From: Octopus vulgaris
Taxonomy: Eukaryota
NCBI GenBank assembly: GCA_951406725.2
Contig: OX597823.1
Location: 83,824,001-83,888,000, forward strand
Direction: 5' to 3'
Length of the DNA stretch: 64,000 nt
Positions 25,521 through 38,078 of the stretch are shown here, piece after piece. Within the stretch, counting starts at the first letter, position 1; each line of letters starts with the position of its first letter. Both the position numbers and the translations under genes were made by a program. The notes beneath the pieces are model-generated. The model worked only from the letters and a program-made list of their open reading frames with translations, had not been told where the DNA came from and made no database searches.

Positions 25521-26800
25521 TATCGGTTTCAGCTCAAAGGTGTGGCCATTTGGAGTACCGCCGTTTTGCTACGCTGTTATTATTGAGAACCTCCTCTGAT
25601 ATGTGGGCATTTGGCCAATAAGGGAGTTTGATGTCGCTGCCCTCAATTGCGCCCACAGCCAGTAAGTTCATGTGGGACTCTCGACAGGAACAGATCCAGT
25701 TTTGATTTGAAAATACCTACATCCACTTTGTGTAGGTCACTCATGCTCTTTAGGAGAATATTATAAATCTGTAGGCTATTGAATTCCAGGCTATTGTAGT
25801 AAGGCTTTGTTGGGATCTTTGGCACTGTACAGTGGTGACAAGTTCTGGCATTTATGTAGCTTTTAATGCCGAAATTCAGCACAATCCTTTTCAGGATCTT
25901 CCAGAAGTATATTACTGCATATCTCTCCCGCCTTCGCTCCAGGTAGTAGTGTCTCAGGTTTTTTAGCCTTTCCCAACATCTGATCTGTTACAATGAGACG
26001 ATCTTCTTTGTGAAGCTTCACTGGATTGCATCAAGGACCGCTGCTAATTTTACATTGTTGGGTGACCATAGTTGGGAGCAGTTATTCCACTTGGCTGAGG
26101 ATGAATGTCCTCTAGAGGACCATCATGGTTTCTTTCTCGCTGGTTCTGAACGTTCTCGGGATCCATCCAGCCATCCGTCTGCACTTTGTCGCCATCTTGG
26201 TAATGTGCACTTGGAAAGAAGTGTCATTACTCATGTCGATACCCAGGCCCCGCACTGATTTAGGTTCTCGGATTGAAACCACCCTTGGGCCAGTGTACCC
26301 TGAAAGGTTTTCGTTCAATTTTGGGTTCTGGTAACACAGGGCATGGAATTTTCCAGCATTAAGCTGCATATTATCATTCTCAGCCGATCTGTAAATTGCG
26401 TCCACCTCCTGCTGCAAGTGTGCAACATCACTAGGGTTTTGTATTTTCTGCTGAAGCTTCTTATCGTCTGCGTAGCTAGCAAGGGTGGCTATCCGGGCAG
26501 CTGAGAGTATATCTGAGAGGGCCACTATGAAAAGCAGTGGTCTCAAGACAGAGCCCTATGGAACACCACTCGCTATTTGTGTTTCTTTTGAAATGGCGCT
26601 ATTAGTTACCACTGCCAGACTTCTGTCTTTCAGAACGTAATGTAACCACTCTTCAAGTTTTCCAGCAATGCCAAGATGATCGTGCAGTTTGTGGTATAGC
26701 ATACCACGATCAACTTTATCAAAAGCTTTTGCTAAGTGAAGGTATATTACATCGTTTGAGTTGTCTAGTAACTGCTTCAACAACCAGTCATAGTACTGAG
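25521..26800 (-). mobile_element. CR1-group LINE, 5'-truncated; RT domain pseudogene plus 3' UTR
   Basis: DVIYLHLAKAFDKVD, SGVP(Q)GSVL.PLLF, SYADD, MQLNAGKFH, FKSKLDLFLSRVP across ORFs 26556-26783, 26112-26546 and 25643-25882; stops and frameshifts. Confidence 0.92.
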
Positions 26801-26859
26801 GGCAGTTATGTCCCAGGGAAAGTCCTTATATATATATTTGATAATTTATATATTGTCTT

Positions 26860-27055
26860 TTATTTGCTTCAGTCATTAGACTGCAGCCTTGAAGAATTTC
26901 TTAGTTGAATGAATCGACGCCAGAACATTTTAAAGCCTGGTATATATTTTATCGGTCTCTTTTGCCGAACCGTAAAATTACGCAGACATAAACAAACCAA
27001 TACCGGTTTTCAAGCGGTGGTGGGGGACATAAATAGACACAAAGATACAAATATA
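26860..27055 (-). mobile_element. SINE family 2, 3' half
   Basis: ttcagtcattagactgcagcc, atcggtctcttttgccgaaccg, caagcggtggtggggga. Confidence 0.75.
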
Positions 27056-27089
27056 TACATGCATACATATATATATATGTATACATATA

Positions 27090-27159
<70 letters not shown>

Positions 27160-27231
27160 CATATATACATATATATATACACACACATTTATATTTATGT
27201 ATATATATACATATGTATATATATGTATATT

Positions 27232-27321
<90 letters not shown>

Positions 27322-27539
27322 CATACATATATACCTAAAAATTCCTTTTGTATTTTTATTCGCTATGATCAGAAATTGTACAAAAAGTATAAATATTTTG
27401 TGTATTCTAGAAAGGTATAAACAATTTATTGCACCTAACCTTTTTCAGCAAAATCTCATCTGGACTCCTAAGGGCCACATGGACCTCTAAGACCCATATG
27501 GACCCTGACTGGGAGCCAATGCTTTATAATATGCGTTAC

Positions 27540-27756
27540 TTATTTATTTATTGCCCACAAGGTGCTAAACACAGAGGGGACAAAGAAGGACAGACAAAGG
27601 ATTAAGTCGATTACATCGACCCCAGTGCGTAACTGGTACTTAATTTACCGACCCCAAAAGGATGAAAGGTAAAATTTGAACTCAGAACATAAAGAGAGGT
27701 GAAATATCGTTGAGCATTTCGCCCGGCGTTGTAACGTTTCTGCCAGCTCGCCGCTT
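27540..27756 (-). mobile_element. SINE family 1, tail A
   Basis: 22-bp TSD atgctttata(a/g)tatgcgttact at 27519-27540 and 27764-27785. Confidence 0.9.
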
Positions 27757-28561
27757 TTCTAGTATGCTTTATAGTATGCGTTACTGTCACAAGAAGAGTT
27801 ACATGTTCGTTAAGGGCGATTTGCTTTAAAAGCTAATATTTAGTAAAGACTATGTCTACAGACATTAGACAAAACTGTGTGTAGACAGGTGTAATACAGT
27901 GCCCCTATATGCATTATCTTCATGAGAATACATCTAGGGGATAGCCCCCTTGCTACCTACTCAGACGATAATAATGTACAATTCTCAACAGATGAGATTA
28001 AATGCAATACTGTGATTACATTCGTTTATCTTCGATTAGCCCTGAAATCTTATAGTTGATAGTTTCGCCTTTCGGGCTTGGAGAATACGACAAAGGATTA
28101 TAAAATTGGTTATCGATATGAAATCGATAATCAGTATGCTAGAAATATAACGATAAACAAGTAAATAGCTTCAGAAGAATATGCATTAATAATTACAAAA
28201 GTTGAAGTTTGTAATTAATGAATTTTATTGATTTTGCATGATATAGTTTCATTTAAATTTATTGTTGACATAAATTTAATCAACAACAGCAAACAGAAAT
28301 GTAAATTTGTCTTTCATGTGTTTCATCTAAAATTTCACACTGTGTAAATGGCTGTTTTTAACGGCATACTTTCGCAACTATCTCCAACTACAGGACAGTG
28401 TTAATGAACGTATGAAATGTATGCTACTCTAATCTGCCTACTGCAGTTGCATCCGGGTTAGATGATGTGGTACAGAACTGTTTATCAAATGGCTTACTAT
28501 TTTAGTCTTATAGCTGATACTAAGCAGTGACTATGACGCTTTCAAAAGGCAATAAATCACT

Positions 28562-28926
28562 TACCTATTTCTTTAGTACCCACAAGGGGCTAAACACAGA
28601 GAGGACAAACAAGGACAGACAAACGGATTAAGTCGATTATATCGACCCCAGTGCGTAACTGGTACTTAATTTATCGACCCCGAGAGGAAAGGCAAAGTCG
28701 ATCTCGGTGGAATTTGAACGAACGTAAATACAGACGAAATACCGATTTCTTTACTATCCACAAGGGGCTAAACACAGAGAGCAGGTTGTGTAAGTGCATC
28801 GAAGTACGTCGAAGTTCTATCATCGACATATTAATTTACAAGTAATTTGAACTCAGAACGTAACGGCAGACGAAATACGGCTACGCATTTCGCCCGGCGT
28901 GCTAACGTTTCTGCCAGCTCGCCGCC
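28562..28926 (-). mobile_element. Family-1 SINE dimer (two tail-A units, one head) with a 64-bp foreign patch
   Basis: TSD ataaatca(c/t)ttacct at 28552-28566 and 28927-28941 encloses both units; junction gacgaaatacc|gatttc at ~28733-28749. Confidence 0.88.
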
Positions 28927-31076
28927 ATAAATCATTTACCTTTAAATAAATTACATAGCAAAGGTACACTTCATGACTTTAAATAATGCAATCCAATAAA
29001 TCTCGCGAGTTATTGATCTCATTTCAATTCTTGTCAACCTGTTGACATACGATCAAAAGCACTTAAGCTCTGTCCTATTGCGGATGCATGGATCTATAGT
29101 TAACCATGTGACTCGACTCTTCTTTCTCTAAATGAGTGATTTGAGATAAATTTGGTTGCTGTTTCCAGCAGGTTGTGTAAGTGCATCGAAGTACGTCGAA
29201 GTTCCATCATCGACATATTAATTTACAAGTGAGATTTTTCAAGCTCCTTTAACCAATTAGAAAGCAGAATTCAATTCTCCTTCAAACAAGACCGAACTAC
29301 ATTTAAAAGAAGCTGAGTCTGAAAATCTACAGAACTGTCTTTTCAGAGTATATCACTCGAACAACAAACAGCTCTTGTCACGGTGGTAGCAACACTGTTG
29401 TTGAGCTATGTTAAAGTTTTCTATATAATTTAGAAAATACTACACGGAGACCAAATTCTTCACTGAAAGCGCTTTCTCCTCAATGGACTATGCAATATTC
29501 CATCCAGTCTAGATCTCTTCAGATAAATCCATGAACATTTTACTAGACTATTTGATGTGAAGAGCAAGTATGGAAGACACAACTAGTGTGAAGAACAGAA
29601 CTATGCGGAGGATAAGGTTTACTGGCCATGTGCTTCGATTTCAGCAGGAGATAAGGCATCTCTAAACTATATCCATGATTAGATTTGAGTGGGGACTGGA
29701 CGAAAAAATTTGGGTTTTTTGCAGTTCTCTCATTAACTGTTTACAACAATATTCTGTTAGCCTATACAGTAACAACGGTTGTAATTTTTAAGGGATATGA
29801 ATCGTGCTGTACAGATAAGGAGAAACAAGTTGCAAAGCTCCCAACTTTGTTCAAAACATTTGTTATATTTATTTACCCATTGCAGAATCAACACTGTTTT
29901 GATTTATTTTGAAAAGACAAGAAAAGCATTCTTTTTACCAGGAGAAATATATGTAGTGAACATGAATTATTTAACTGATCTACTAATCTAGTTATATATA
30001 TTAACATTTTAAATGAAGAATAAACATATTTCTATGCTATAAAATAAAATTCCTATGATCAATAAATACAGTTGCATGAGTAATATTAGAATCTCACCTA
30101 CGATGTTATCAAGCGTAAAGAACTCAACTGATGATAGAAAATATAAGATGAAAATCTGAAGAAATCTTAATATCACTTTCTTTTGCCGCTCCTTAATGGA
30201 CGCTGAACAAATAAAAGAATGTAGTTTAATCTCAAATAAGACCTTAGCTGTCCTTTATATCTAAATTACTTCCGCCTGATGAATAGACTTCAATGATATT
30301 TTGGTTTTAAACTGGATTTTCATATTGGAAAAAGAAAATAATGATTTGAGATTAATTATTTCATGATCCTCATAACTGAAGGCTGTTTAACTCATACAAA
30401 TGCTGGTTTTGAAATTAATGAGAAAGAAAAATGTAATGCAAAGCAATGCGAGAAATGGGGAAAATAATAAATTTCATTTGTTATGATACCATGAATTAAA
30501 GGTTATAATTCATTGATAATTATATTTTTAGTGCGTTTTATTTATTTTAAAGTTCATATCACTTTGGATATAAGATATTATATTAATTAAATCATAATAA
30601 ATTAATGTTTTGCTGTTCTCAATATTCTTGTACTTACCCTTTCAGTCAATACTGTAGTTCTAGATACTCCAATCAGAAAACAGATGGGAGTGACCACGAA
30701 TAATTGGAAAGTCTTTGATCTTAAAGTTGATGTATCTAAGCCGAGGTGGGTCGAAGCAATCGTATCAACAGTAAAGACACATAGCTGCGTTGGAGTTATG
30801 GCTGGGTTAGTAGGAATTCATAGAAGGGTTTTCATAAACAGTTTTTAATTCTCGGTTGCATACAGTTAAGCGAAAAATGATGCGTTAAAGACATCAATTT
30901 GTTGGAGGTAGAGTTTCTAAGATTTGTGTATCAATACCTGATACCAAGGTGAATTTCAATCACGAACGATAAAATATAAATACAAAGATCCGGAGAAATA
31001 AATATAAAATGGGTCAATGTGATGGTGGTCAAAATTTTATACTCGAGTAATTATTAAAAATTTTATTTTAGAAACG

Positions 31077-31107
<31 letters not shown>

Positions 31108-31159
<52 letters not shown>

Positions 31160-31270
31160 CCTTTTTACTATAGGCACAAGGCCTAGAATTTTGTGGAGGG
31201 GAATAATTGATTACATTGACTCCAGAAGGATGAAAGTTAACGTTGACCTCAGTGGAATTTGAACTCAGAA
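31108..31270 (-). mobile_element. Family-1 tail-B SINE fragment with (TAA)n at its 3' end
   Basis: (TAA)n then tcctttttactataggcacaaggcc ... ggaatttgaactcagaa. Confidence 0.75.
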
Positions 31271-31339
31271 TTGGAATTTTAGAAATACAAATCTTAAACA
31301 GGTACCATAACAATGATTTATTCTTTTATTTGAAAGATT

Positions 31340-32030
31340 TAGGGTCGAGTAAATCGATCCCAGGACTGGCCTTAACTCTAACACTTATTCAATTAGTCTT
31401 TTTTGCCGAACCGCTAAGTTACGCTGACTCAAGCACACCAACACCCGGTTGTCAAGCGGTGATGAGGAAACAAACATAGACACAAAGACACACACATAGA
31501 TATATACATATATACATGTATATATATATATATTTATATATTTATATATTTATATATATATGTGTGTGTGTGTGTGTGCGTGTGCGTGCGCGCGCGTGCG
31601 TGTGTGTGTGTGTGTGTGTGTATATGATGTGCTTCTTTTAGTTTACGTCCACCAAATCCAGTCACAAAGCTTTGGTCAGCCCAAGACTATAGTAGAAGAT
31701 ATTTGCTCAATGTGTCACGCAATGAGACTGACCCAGGAACTCTGTGGTTAAGAAGGAAGTTTTTTACCACACAGCCACGCCTGACTGAAATTGAGAGAAT
31801 ATGTTTCTATGTGTGTGTGTGGTTTTTGTGTCTGTGTTTGTCCCCTACCACAACTGGACAACTGGTTTTGTTGTGTTTATGTCCCCGTACATTAGCGGTT
31901 CGGCAAAAGAGATGGAGAAAATAAATACCAGGCTTAAAAAACAAAAATAAGCATTGGTGTCGATTGGTCCGACTAAAATCCCTCAAGCCATGGCCACAGT
32001 CTAAATGCCTGAAACAAGTAAATGACAAAA
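31340..32030. mobile_element. Two family-2 SINEs in opposite orientation (31340-31780 minus; 31805-32030 plus, 3' half)
   Basis: ttttgccgaaccgctaagttacg vs ttagcggttcggcaaaaga. Confidence 0.8.
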
Positions 32031-32819
32031 GATCCAGATTCGTTAGTTTAATAAAATGTTTCACATTATTGACATCGTTGTGAGCAAATTGTGTGAACGT
32101 GCTATTTCCTGTTATTCGGGGTTTAAAACCACGAAGTAATAGGAAATTACTTCGGATTTCGTGACCTAATTACGTGACCTAAACTGAGGTCTTGTGCCAT
32201 TGTACAACCAATCAATTTCTCAACCGATCAGTTCATAGAAATATATAAAAAAAATATCAAAAGTTTTCTCTTTAAAAAAGACTGAAATTTTCTACCACCT
32301 AAAACGACGCAATTTTCCAAAACAGTTTCTGTTTTAGATTTTAAACTTAGCGAAAAATCGATAATTAAGTACTTCATAGAATCTGACATAAAATCGTTTG
32401 TACAACGGTATTACAAGATTCAGAAATAATTAATAAAGAATCTATAGCAAACCTTTAAAAAAAAAAGCATTGATTTTGTTTGATCGAGTTTCTTCATCAG
32501 TCTTTTCAGAAAGTCGGTGAACACATTCTATATTGTTGAATTCTTAGCTTTTGAAGTTATTTTGCCTCGAACCATAGGACTCACAAGTCTGGTCACCCGG
32601 TTTCCCTGGCGTCTAAGTGATCGAGATTACAACAATTTTCGTAAAGGGATTATCAGTCTGTTGCAGTGTTCAGGGCTAGCAATTTTGAGGGGAAGACAAA
32701 AGTTGATTATATCAACCTCAGTTCTTGACTACTACTTTATTTTATAGACCTACCAAATATGTGTGTGTATGTGTGTGTGTGTGTGTGCGTGTCTGTGTGT
32801 GTGTATATTTATATATATA

Positions 32820-33015
32820 TGGTAAGACAACAAAAGAATGAAAGAGACCTCGATATTATGTAAATAGCGGAATGTATCTGTAAATGTAATATGTGACAAT
32901 AATTCGCTACCCATGATGAAACTCCGAGTTTCGGATGTCGGGGCGGAAATCCATGCCACCATCTCTTCAGTTATCCAGCTATCGGAAAAAATGCTATGAA
33001 AATGTACGTATATAG

Positions 33016-33052
<37 letters not shown>

Positions 33053-33770
33053 CATGCGAGTATGTGCGTATATAGACGTGCTTTACTCATTGCTTATTTT
33101 TACACACTTTTACATATTTTCCTGTATTTTGCCTTCAGCCCTGTTTTGTCTTGTGCATGTACGTATATAGACGTGTGTGTGTGAACTTTTTTTGTGCGTA
33201 TGTGTGTGCGCGTATATAGACGTGTGCGGGTATGCGTGTATGTAGACGTGTGTGTGTGCGTGCATACGGGTATGTGCGTATATAGACGTATTTTACTCTT
33301 ATTGCTTATTTTTTTATACTTCTTTACACTTTTCTCTGTATTGTTTTCTTGTGCATGTGCGTATATAGACATGTGTGTATGAACCTTTTTGGTGCGCATG
33401 TGTGTGTGTGTGTGTGCGAGCGTATATGCGGGTATGTGTATATATATATATTTTTTGGTGAATAGTGTGGGTGAGAATGTGTGTTTTTCAAGTGAGGGTG
33501 GATGAGTGTATACTTATAGGCGCATGTACGTGGCTGTGCGGGCGCGTATCTGTGGGTATGGACATGTGCGCTTACGCGAATACCATGAACTTTTTTACCC
33601 CTTTACCTTTACTCCCTTTCCTCACTTAGCGGTCATTCAAATAGCTCTTTTGTCTTAATAATGGTCAATCATATAGTAATTTCCATTTGTTTAACGGTCA
33701 TTTTCATAGCATTTTTTTCCGATGGCCAGATAACTGAAGAGATGGCGGGGTTTCCGCCCCGACATCCGAA
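32820..33770. mobile_element. Penelope-like remnant with inverted hammerhead-bearing ends
   Basis: 32930-33004 is the reverse complement of 33699-33770 (cattttcatagcattt..ccgat..gataaCTGAAGAgatgg..ccgccccgacatccGAA). An internal ~200-bp TG-rich duplication lies at 33040-33420. Confidence 0.6.
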
Positions 33771-34199
33771 CATATATAAATCATTAACCGCTTCCTATAC
33801 TACTAAAAATAGGCGCACACATTGTATAATGAAGTTGAAGTGTAATCTGAATACAAGTGAGAATACATTTGATCATTGGACATCTTTCATGAAAGCTGAT
33901 CAAGGGAGATAATGAGCAACAACAAAAAAATTCCCGGCTATTTTGGTAGCAGACACTGGAGTAGTATAATTACTGTTTTACTATGTGCAAGGTTAAATAA
34001 GAGCTAGAGAAGAGATAAAGTGGCAAAAGTCGAATGAATCGATTCCACTACTTGACTGTTCTTATGTCATCGATTCTGGAACGAAGTAGACAAAGACTTT
34101 TCTAGTAGGATCTCAACTCAGAACCTAAAGTGGTATTTCTAGTTCATATAGTTCATTAAGTTCTCTATATAATGTCTGGCATTGCACAATAGAAATAAA

Positions 34200-34401
34200 T
34201 ATTGGTTACAAATTGTGGCACAAGACCAGCAATTTTTTTAGGGAAGTGATGAGTCAATTACATCGACCCCAGTGAACAACCGATACCTATTTTATCTATC
34301 CCGAGAGGATGAAAGGCAAAGTTGACCTCGGCGAAATTTGAGCTCATAACGTAAAGACGGACGAAATCCGGCGTGTTAACGACTCTGCTAGCTCGCCGCC
34401 T
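34200..34401 (-). mobile_element. SINE family 1, tail C
   Basis: aattgtggcacaagaccagc ... ggatgaaaggcaaagttgacctcggcg ... gctcgccgcct. Confidence 0.82.
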
Positions 34402-34610
34402 ACAAACAAAAAAAAAAGGAAAGATAAATACTGATATCTAACAGGTACAAGTGACTATTTTGGTGGAGGGTGCAGTCGATTATACCGACCCTAGTATCCG
34501 GTTGGAACTTTTGTGTATTGATCTCATTACCCCTAGTACTTAATTTCATTGTTCTTAATGCTCGATTCGTATTTTATTTTATCGACCTCCACCCGTACCT
34601 GAATGGTATT

Positions 34611-35151
34611 CGAGCTGGCAGAATCGTTAGCACGCCGGGCGAAATGCTTAGCGGTATTTCGCCCGTCGCTACGTTCTGCGTTCAAATTCCGCCGAGGTTG
34701 ACTTTGCCTTTCATCCTTTCGGGGTTGATAAATTAAGTACAAGTTACGCACTGGGGTCGATAAAATCGACTTAATCCGTTTGTCTGTCCTTGTTTGCCTT
34801 CTCTGTGTTTGGCCCCTTGTAGGTAGTAAAGAAATAGGTATTTCCCCCGTCGCTACGTTCTGCGTTCAAATTTCGCCGAGGTCGACTTTGCCTTTCATCC
34901 TTTCGGGGTCGGTTAAATAAGTATCAGTTACGCACTGGGGTCGATGTAATCGACTTAATCCATTTGTCCCCTCTATGTTTAGCCCATGTGGGTAGTAAAG
35001 AAATAGGTATTTCTTCCGTCGCCACGTTCTGCGTTCAAATTTTGCCGAGGTCGACTTTGCCTTTCGTCCTTTCGGGGTCGATAAATTAAGTACTAGTTGC
35101 GGACTGGGGTCGATCCAAATTTCAGGCTATGTACCTATAGTAGAAAGGACT
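34611..35151 (+). mobile_element. Family-1 SINE trimer: head-(body-tailA)x2-body-tailB
   Basis: Junctions gaaataggtat|ttc at ~34841 and ~35010; one head only. Confidence 0.92.
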
Positions 35152-35210
35152 GTACATTGTCAATCCAATCAGTTCACAACGAGTTCATTATTTTATGAAC
35201 CACAGTCATC

Positions 35211-35376
35211 AATGATGATGCCGATAATGATGAAGATGACGATGACGACGATGATGACGATGATGAGGATAATGATGATGATGACCATGATCATGATCAT
35301 GATCATGATGATCATGATGATGATCATGATGATCATGATGATGACAATGATGATGATGATGGTGATGATGATGATG
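35211..35376 (+). repeat. Compound (ATG)n microsatellite
   Basis: atgatgatg... with interruptions. Confidence 0.95.
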
Positions 35377-36225
35377 CACTCTACTAGTACTTGACTTTAT
35401 CACCCTCCACGTATAACTGGTACTTCATTTTGTCAACTTCACTATCTGACTGGTTCCTGGTTTTTACTCGACAGCAAAAAACAAACAAGTGCTGCTGAGT
35501 CTGGTAAAAGTGAAATTCTCAACGCCAAAAGGTGTAACTAAATATTGAAAAGCATTTTGTTCGCTGTTCATCTAAATCTGCCAATAATCCGTCCTTAATA
35601 GAACGCGATATCGAAAATCATTTTATCTGCCGTGCTAGCATTTCTTTCCCTCCATTCTATTTATCTTCATATAAGAAAGCCTCCTTTGACGTCAGTTCAA
35701 CTAGGGTTTGTCAATTATATCTCCTGTTCACAATTGAAACCGGAGATCAATAAGGGCCATTCAACTATATCTTAAACCATAATATCGTTTAAACTAGCAT
35801 AACATAAAGACGACGAAAGAAAACCCATCTGGCTCTAGGCTATTTTAATTGCATCAGTTGGCTGCTTTTGGCACATCAGCTTATAAATGATTGATGATAG
35901 ATAATAAATAGCAGTCGATCATCAGTTATTGTCAACTACATAAACGGACAACCATCGTAAAGAACTAAATAGCTGCTGGTAAATTTAAATAGCGATTTCC
36001 AATTCTCTCTTTACTACATGCTTTATCTCATGTGCGCTATAATCTATATTATTAACCGAATGGGTGACCTCACAAAACTGGATAAGCTAAGAGCAGGAGA
36101 TTGTTTACTCTTTTATTCTTTCGCTTCTTTCAGTCATTTGACTGTGGCCATGCTAGAGCACTGTCTTGGGATGGTTTGAATAAACATTGTTTCCGAGTCA
36201 TATATACTCATAGGGCCGGTTTTCA

Positions 36226-36782
36226 TGCCGGGCGAAATGCTTAGCGGTATTTCATCTGCCGTTACGTTCTGAGTTCAAATTCCGCCGAGGTCGACTTTGC
36301 CTTTCATCCTTCCGGGGTCGATAAATTAAGCACCAGTTACGCACTGGGGTCGATGCAATCGACTTAATCCGTTTGTCTGTCCTTGTTTGTCCCCTCTGTG
36401 TTTAGCCCCTTGTGGGTAATAAAGAAATAGATATTTCATCTGCCGTTATGTTCTGAGTTCAAATTCCACCGAGGTCGACTTTGCCTTTCATCCTTCCGGG
36501 TCGATAAATTAAGCACCAGTTACTCACTGGGGTCGATGCAATCGACTTAATCCGTTTGTCTGCCTTGTTTGTCCCCTCTATGTTTAGCCCCTTGTGGGTA
36601 ATAAAGAAATAGGTATTTCGTCCGACTTCACGTTCTGAGTTCAAATTCCACCGAGGTCGACTTTCTCTTTCATTCTTTCAGGGTTGATAAAATAAGTACC
36701 AATCATGCACTGGGAACGATGAAATTGAGTTGCATCCTTCCCCAAAATTCCGGGCCTTGTTACCCACAGTAGAAAGGATTGT
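36226..36782 (+). mobile_element. Family-1 SINE trimer: truncated head-(body-tailA)x2-old body-tailB
   Basis: Junctions at ~36434 and ~36616; units 1 and 2 share private variants (ttcatctgcc, ccttccggg, aagcaccag, gatgcaatc). Confidence 0.92.
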
Positions 36783-36882
36783 TACATATATTTTCTATTT
36801 TCATTCCGTGTTGTGTTGTACATCGAGCCATTTTTAGGGGGTTTCATTAGCATAACATCTTTGTACCATGAAAAATTATTTA

Positions 36883-37114
36883 TATTTCTTTACTACCCAC
36901 AAGGGGCTAAACATAGAGGGGACAAACAAGGACAGACAAACGGATTAAGTCGATTACGTCGAACCCAGTGCGTAACTGGTACTTTATTTATCGACCCCGA
37001 GAGGATGAAAGGCAAAGTCGACCTCGGCGGAATTTGAACTCAGAACGTAACGACAGACGAAATACGGCTAAGCATCTCGCCCGGCGCGCTAACGTTTCTG
37101 CCAGCTCGCCGCCT
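36883..37114 (-). mobile_element. SINE family 1, tail A, full length
   Basis: Consensus match in reverse orientation, ~100 bp from the preceding trimer. Confidence 0.92.
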
Positions 37115-37875
37115 TATTTGTGAAGACAGTATCAGGCAAGTACTTGGGTCCATGGCAAAACTGTCGGACATTGGGACTAAATCAGAAAATGGCACTCCTT
37201 CGGGAACGAGGGTGACTGTGCCACTTGTTCCGATCAACGTAACAGCTTGTTTGTGAGATTAATACGCAAGTGGCTGAGTACTCCAAAGACATGAAAAATT
37301 ATTGTTAGCCTCTTGCTCATCATTTCTCCATTTCTTGGAACAAGGGACGCCAAGAGAGAGAGAGAGAGAGAGAGAGAGGGCAACCAGACCCAGTAATTAA
37401 CTAGTTATTTATTTATCAACCATTGTGGTCGAACTTAGTGGGATTTGAAGTCAGAGCACAGACAACAAGAACAACTAGCGCAAGGCATTTTAACCGACGC
37501 TCTATCGATTTTTGCCAATTCGCCATAAGCCTTTATTAACGAATCCTGATTTAGCTATAAGGTCAACAATTTTGAAAGAAGGGGATTAGAGCACACAACG
37601 CTATCGCTATCTTTCGTGGTTATTCGTTGATGCTTGTGGAGAATGAAAATGTTTTTCTAAGGCTGCTTGTAAAATTATTAACAAGACACAAACAATTAAC
37701 AGATGCATTATTGACTGCATACATTGTTTTCTGTGTTGATTTTGGATGAAGAATAAAACCAGTTATTTGAACACACTGGAAGAGACATACTTCTGGGGTC
37801 TATGATAAAATAGCTGGTGTGTATCAAGTCTGTGACTAGTCCATTACAACTGGGAAAATATCGGGCTAAATTCAT

Positions 37876-38078
37876 GACGGTGGCATGCGTAAAAAGATTC
37901 GAGCGAGGTCGTTGCCAGTACCGCCTGACTGGCCCCGTGCCGGTGGCACGCAAAAGGCACCCACTACACACTCGGAGTGGTTGGCGTTAGGAAGGGTGCA
38001 GCCATCTGGTTCACCAGCCCTCAGTCAAAATCATCCAACCCATGCTAGCATGGAAAGCGGACGTTAAACGATGATGAT
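37876..38078 (+). mobile_element. 3' half of a further SINE family with (GAT)n tail
   Basis: gtgccggtggcacg hairpin, ggttggcgttaggaaggg, ccaacccatgctagcatggaaagcggacgttaaacgatgatgat; GC-rich against the background. Only one copy here, so the call rests on recalled similarity. Confidence 0.6.

Noticed and set aside
26909-27490. Long ORFs rich in YI/HT/CV (also 12791-13396, 44770-45503, 48922-49494 and many others)
   Set aside because: Translations of (TA)n/(CA)n microsatellites and SINE pieces; no protein signal.
29400-29700. Possible RTE LINE remnant (RRIRFTGHVLR)
   Set aside because: A single short motif in very degenerate sequence; too weak to annotate.
35209-35403. Poly-His / poly-Met ORFs (also 57736-58380, 61961-62449)
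   Set aside because: Stop-free frames of (ATG/CAT)n repeats.
35687-35694. CRE palindrome TGACGTCA
   Set aside because: An isolated 8-mer is expected about once per 64 kb by chance; no other support.
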